Positions 37,004 through 64,000 of a DNA stretch of 64,000 bases are shown here, piece by piece; positions within the stretch are counted from its first letter, which is position 1; every line of letters begins with the position of its first letter. A model generated the notes under the pieces. It was given only the letters and a program-made list of their open reading frames with translations. It was not told the DNA's origin and did no database searches. The position numbers and the translations under genes were made by a program. Origin of the DNA: Chrysomallon squamiferum (lineage: Eukaryota; Animalia; Mollusca); the NCBI GenBank assembly GCA_012295275.1, contig CM022665.1, positions 6,510,001 through 6,574,000 of the forward strand. The letters run 5' to 3'.

Positions 37004-40000
37004 TAATTCTTTGAACTTTAATACAATTAATTTAATTTATTATTATTATTATTATTATTTAATGTATTGTTGTTGTTGTTGTTCCTGCTGCTGTTGTTAT
37101 GACAACAATGATTACAGCAATAATTCCTCTCTTCTTTTTTTTTGTATTATTAATTTTTTTTTTTTTTTTTTTTATTTATTTATTTATTGTTTTTTTTAAA
37201 TGCTACACAGTATTTTTATAATTTAAAGTAATATGCTATGTTTAGATGATGTTTTAGTAGCTTTTAAATAATGTGATAATTGTTTAATTAAAATATAATT
37301 ATTTAAATCGGCTTTGGTTTAAAATATATTTTCAGTTATTCAATTATAAACGTATACTGAGATAAAATTTTATTTAGGAAAAAAAATATAATTTATTTTT
37401 CAAATTATATTTTATTTACATATATCAACCATTATTTTCATAATAATTCCAAGACGATTTGTCATTATTTTATTAAATTTATTATTACTATTGTTACTTT
37501 TAATGTTGCTATCGTCGTTGTCGTTGTTACAAATATTACACGTTACCACATACAGCAAATAACAGTGAGTTACAGATAGTAATAATAAAACTTATTTACT
37601 TTTACTTCGTTATTTTGAGTCCGAAAAAAAGCGAGTTTTGTATTTTTTGACAGTAAATAAAGTTTAATATGTATAGTGTATCTATAACGTATGTATGACA
37701 AAACCTTTCACTGACTTCCTTACTGGGTGATGGTTAATGCAGTTAATGACATTTTTATTAATTTTATCGTCTGATTTTTATTTTCGATTACCGCTATAGT
37801 TCAGTTTGTTTACATGTCCGTTAAGAGTCTTTAGACTGTATTTTATTACTCTAGTTCAAGAACAATAACTGTTCTGTGGATCGGGAATCGTACTTTGCAA
37901 TGCCCTAACTTTAGAAACAAAGCTAACAGTTATTTGTTTCAAAAGTCGTTATAATGTTCAGAATTTAATCGAAACTTCACCGAGAAACGCCATAATGGCT
38001 TGGAATTGTCTGAATAAAAAAATAAATAAATACAAAATAAAAAATAAAAATATATATAGAAAATGAAAAAATAAAATAAAATAAAATAAGTAAGTAAATA
38101 AGTAAATAAAATAAAATACAAGTATGCAGGATATTAATACATATCAAAGTTAGAACAACATAAAACGAAGTCGCACTACTTTTAATGAAGGTAAAATGTG
38201 CCCACAATTTGCCACGTCTGCTTCGGAGGTCATTAAAAAAAAAAAAAAAAAAAAAAAAATGAAAGTATGAGTATTTGTCCTCTGTAAAGTTCGATCTGTT
38301 CAGGAACCTCCGTTTCTACAGTAGTCTGATAAGGCATAGGCCCGTTATAACGAATAAAATGCCCGAAGTTGATATAGTTTACCGCAAAGCAGTTAAGGTT
38401 TTTGAGTGTTTACACACACGAATAAGGAAATGCGCATGCACGTATATACACAACCATACACAAGACACACACACTTGTAAACACATATTTTATTGTTAAA
38501 AATCTCTATCAAAATTATACTTGAAATAACTTTTGTCTCGGATATAATTAATAACAGATTTAGAACAAGAATGATAATAAATGATTCCAATATATTCTTT
38601 GTTTTTTTTTCTTCAAAATTTTACTTAGTTTAATTTAGTTTCTATTTCTTCATTTCTTTTCCGCTGAAGTTTAATTGAATATTCTTTGAATTCATCAGCA
38701 TATCGGTACTAATTATTATTATTATTATTATTTATGAAATGAATCACAAAATATATATTTTTTTATTATTTACGAATTTATTATTAAAGGTTTTATATAT
38801 TTCGAGGAACTGTCACTTCAGTGAATTCTGTGTAATGTTCATCGATTTTTAAACATCATTGTAATTTTAAAAATTTAATTTTTTATATTTACGTTCATTT
38901 TAACACTGAAAGAGTAAGTTATAGATATAATTTTTAACTATAATTATAAAGAAAACAAACAATAAATAAAAATGAAATTTCATCTAAATGAAGTTTTATA
39001 CATTTTTTTGAAAGATTTAATTATGACATCACAGAAGAAACAAATTCATAGTAATAAAGAGGAAAGATCACATTCTGATTCTCATTTGAATAAGACTGTA
39101 AACAGATTTATTTATTTATTTATTTATGCATAATATTGTTAACGTACGTTATTTTTTTTATTTTTTTAAAATATCTTCTTTTATTTATGTATTTTATATT
39201 ATTTTATTTTATATTATATTATTATTATAATATATATATATATATATTTTTTTATTTTTTTATTTTTTTATCGTAACTATTTTCATTATTAATTTAAATC
39301 TGCATGTACATCAGTTCTTCAGACGAAATATTTAAATTTATTTTTTTCCTTTTTGTAACACACATACTGCTGGCTCTCACGGACAAATGCACGCGTTTAA
39401 AGCGTGAGATAAATACTCATGAAATAAATACATTTTATTTCAGTCGTATATTACTGGAAGTATTTTCCAGAACCGTTGTTAACTTTTCTATTCGGATATA
39501 TTCTATGCTTGACGGTAGAAATATTTTGTGTAAAAATGTACAAACGTTTACACTTTTGGACTGGTACATGGTCTTAGAGTTTCAAATGTTTTTTTCCTAT
39601 CTTCTTTATTTTGAACATTCTTTAGTTAAAAGCAAATCCATCAAGTATGTATATCTGTTAAATACTGAAAAGACATTTTGTGTTTGTTTGTATATTTTTG
39701 TTCTGTTTTGTTCTCAAATAAAGATAATAACACTATTACGATGCATTTTGCAATTACTTTATTAGACGTTCCTAGATGGATACATTACATTAACATTTAA
39801 ATGCACAAACATTGTTTGTGACACCAAGTTTTGTTTTTTGATATCCACAGCTAACTATGAAAGACACATAACATGGTATTGACATAAACTCTATATACAA
39901 ATCAATTTTCAAGGTCATTACTATAAGTAAGACCGCTTTCAAAATTAATCAAGAATAAAATAAAACATTGTTACCTAAACTAGTAAATAAAATTACACGT

Positions 40001-40757
40001 AAACAACGTAATTATAACAATGACAGGGTAGTACACAAATAAGTTGGGTTGCATTCGTTGTAGTTTTGACAAATGGAAATATTGAAATTTCTAATGAAAT
40101 GTTAATGAATACACAAGCAATGTACTATTTATACACTGATAATACAATATTAATAAACTCACAGCATAAATGAACAGTTTTGTTTTGGATGATAATTCAG
40201 ATGGTTTCATTTGAAAATTAAAAAACCAATAGTAATATATTTAAACATAATTAAAAATTCACAGATCTATTCTTATATTGGGCGTAGTCTTAACTTCACC
40301 AAACTCTCAGCAGAGACTGTATACTGGATAAAAAATATATCCATTAAATTAACAATGACGCTGATGGAAATTTATATTTCACATGAGGGCAACACTTTCA
40401 AATAAAATCTTTTAATTTATTATGCTGGTGTTAATTTGGTTTTAATCCTATAAAACAGTCTGAAATTATTTTACAAATTCATATTTCGTTTCCTGAAACA
40501 GGCCGATCGGACAGTATCATCTCACTTTGAATCGAAATGTTCATTCATATTATATATGACAAATATTCTTTCTGCATGTGTGGTTCCAGTTTCAAAATGT
40601 TTATTTAGACAACACACAGTAACTGGATCACAAAACGTTTAAGTTCGATCAATCCAATTTTGACAAAAGTCCTATAAGGAAATGCGTTGTTGCCTGTACG
40701 ATCATACACTGAGCACTGTGTTATGTTTGGCACATTCAAGAGAAGCGTACCAGTCGA

Positions 40758-62478
<21,721 letters not shown>

Positions 62479-62536
62479 TTTACCATCAAATTTCAGATGA
62501 AAATTACTGATCTGAGAGTTATCAGTGAAAAAATTA

Positions 62537-62690
62537 AACTGAGTAATGAAATTTTCTTTAGCGTACATTTATACCAATTTGAGCAATCCGAACTCGTGTT
62601 TACAGTCTTGGCCAATCAAATCTTAACAATAGTGGGTATGATTCCTTTTCTGAAACCCAACTCATCCCTTATCGCTGATTGGTCGAGTAC
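62537..62690 (-). promoter_or_regulatory. Probable Prop core promoter (TATA + Inr + CCAAT boxes)
   Basis: On the minus strand, TATAAA at 62573-62568 and Inr-like TCAGTT at 62542-62537 (~33 nt downstream). CCAAT/ATTGG boxes at about 62574, 62612 and 62678. CpG-rich context. Confidence 0.5.
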
Positions 62691-63376
62691 GAGATCCCCA
62701 GTGTCGTCCATAATAAAGCAGGCGTGTCCGTCGCGCGCTTGTGGAATTTCTTATTCCCAGAACGACCGAAGGGAAAGTCTGGCTGAATCAATAGGACAAG
62801 GTTATGCTTGTAAATGACGGTAATCACCGAGTGAAAATTAGGCCCCATGACAGTACCAAATGTCGTTAAAATAGAAAATGTAACAGAGCCCGAAGCGTCT
62901 TCACGTCCTCACAGTAAATATATTTAAACACAAACATGATCCGATGAAAATTCATAACTAAGATAAGAAATGAATATTAAACTTCCCCCAAAAAAAAAAT
63001 TTTTTTTTTTTGCATGTTCAGAATCATTTTTATTTTATTTTATTTCATTTGGTTTTATTTTATTTTATTTATTCATACTGTGCAATCCAATACAGATAAT
63101 TTTAATTATCTTTAATAATAATAATAAGAAGAAGAAGAAGAAGAAGAATAAGAATAATAATAATAAAATTCTTGCCGAAAACGAAAGTAGAGAGAGGGAA
63201 ACGTAGAGAAAATCTATTTATGTTTTATTAATTTTACTCCTTCGATTGTTTTCTTTTATCTTCTTTTATTACATTAAAAAAATTTACCGTTTGATCTTTG
63301 TTCTTTCTTTTTCTTTTCTTTACTTTGCTTTTTATTATATTTTATATTTTATTTATTTATTTATTTATTTATTTTA

Positions 63377-63431
<55 letters not shown>

Positions 63432-63733
63432 TTCTTCTTTTTATTTTTTAGCCACATGGTATCATTTTGTATTGGTCATAGATTTCCATAATTCTGTTGT
63501 TTTATTATAATGCGTATTAATGAGGCGTTACTAAATAAAAGTCTCAGTTTTTGCTGATTAAGCTAAGCGAAATACAGAAGAGAAACAAATAAAACGCCGT
63601 TTAATTTTATTTTGTACTGCATATCAAAATATCTCTATTAAAAACAGAATCAACACGATTAAGGATAATTAATTAAAAAAATTATTGATAATAATTAATA
63701 ATAATATTAACAACAACAACAACAACAATAACT

Positions 63734-63781
<48 letters not shown>

Positions 63782-64000
63782 GTAATAATAATAATAATAA
63801 TAGCAACAACAATATTCTGATAATTATTTACAAGCCCGGACTATAACAACGAGAAAAAAACTTTTAAGATGAAATTAATTTCATTATAAAATAAGAATAA
63901 ATAGTTTGTAGAAAATTAAAAAAAAAAGAAAAAAGAAGAAGAAAAATAGAGAAAGCGAGCGCACTGGGATCAGTCTGCTTACACAGACAGAAATAATAAC

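Overview
Eukaryotic genomic DNA: very AT-rich, microsatellite-laden and spliced. It comes from an invertebrate animal. A lophotrochozoan or mollusc, possibly an octopod cephalopod, is my inference from composition and protein similarity and is not proven. Most ORFs in the supplied track are microsatellite noise. I reconstructed five spliced genes by hand. (1) The 5' end of a striatin gene (minus strand). (2) AP4S1, complete, head-to-head with striatin; it has a 12-nt microexon followed by a GT-AG U12-type intron that carries a Tc1/mariner fossil. (3) An ADF/cofilin gene with an ATG-only first coding exon and an upstream CArG box. (4) An MCFD2 homolog with a Gln/His-rich N-terminus, a 15-nt microexon and two tandem, intact, diverged alternative terminal exons that each encode a different second EF-hand. 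(5) A complete Prop/unc-42-family Q50 paired-like homeobox gene (minus strand, about 22 kb) whose introns contain enhancer-like islands and a long inverted repeat. The strongest novel candidate is the swappable EF-hand-2 system in MCFD2, possibly together with a densely hairpinned ~0.8-kb island in the intron just upstream of those exons. All gene models come from reading the sequence by eye, with no transcript or database support.
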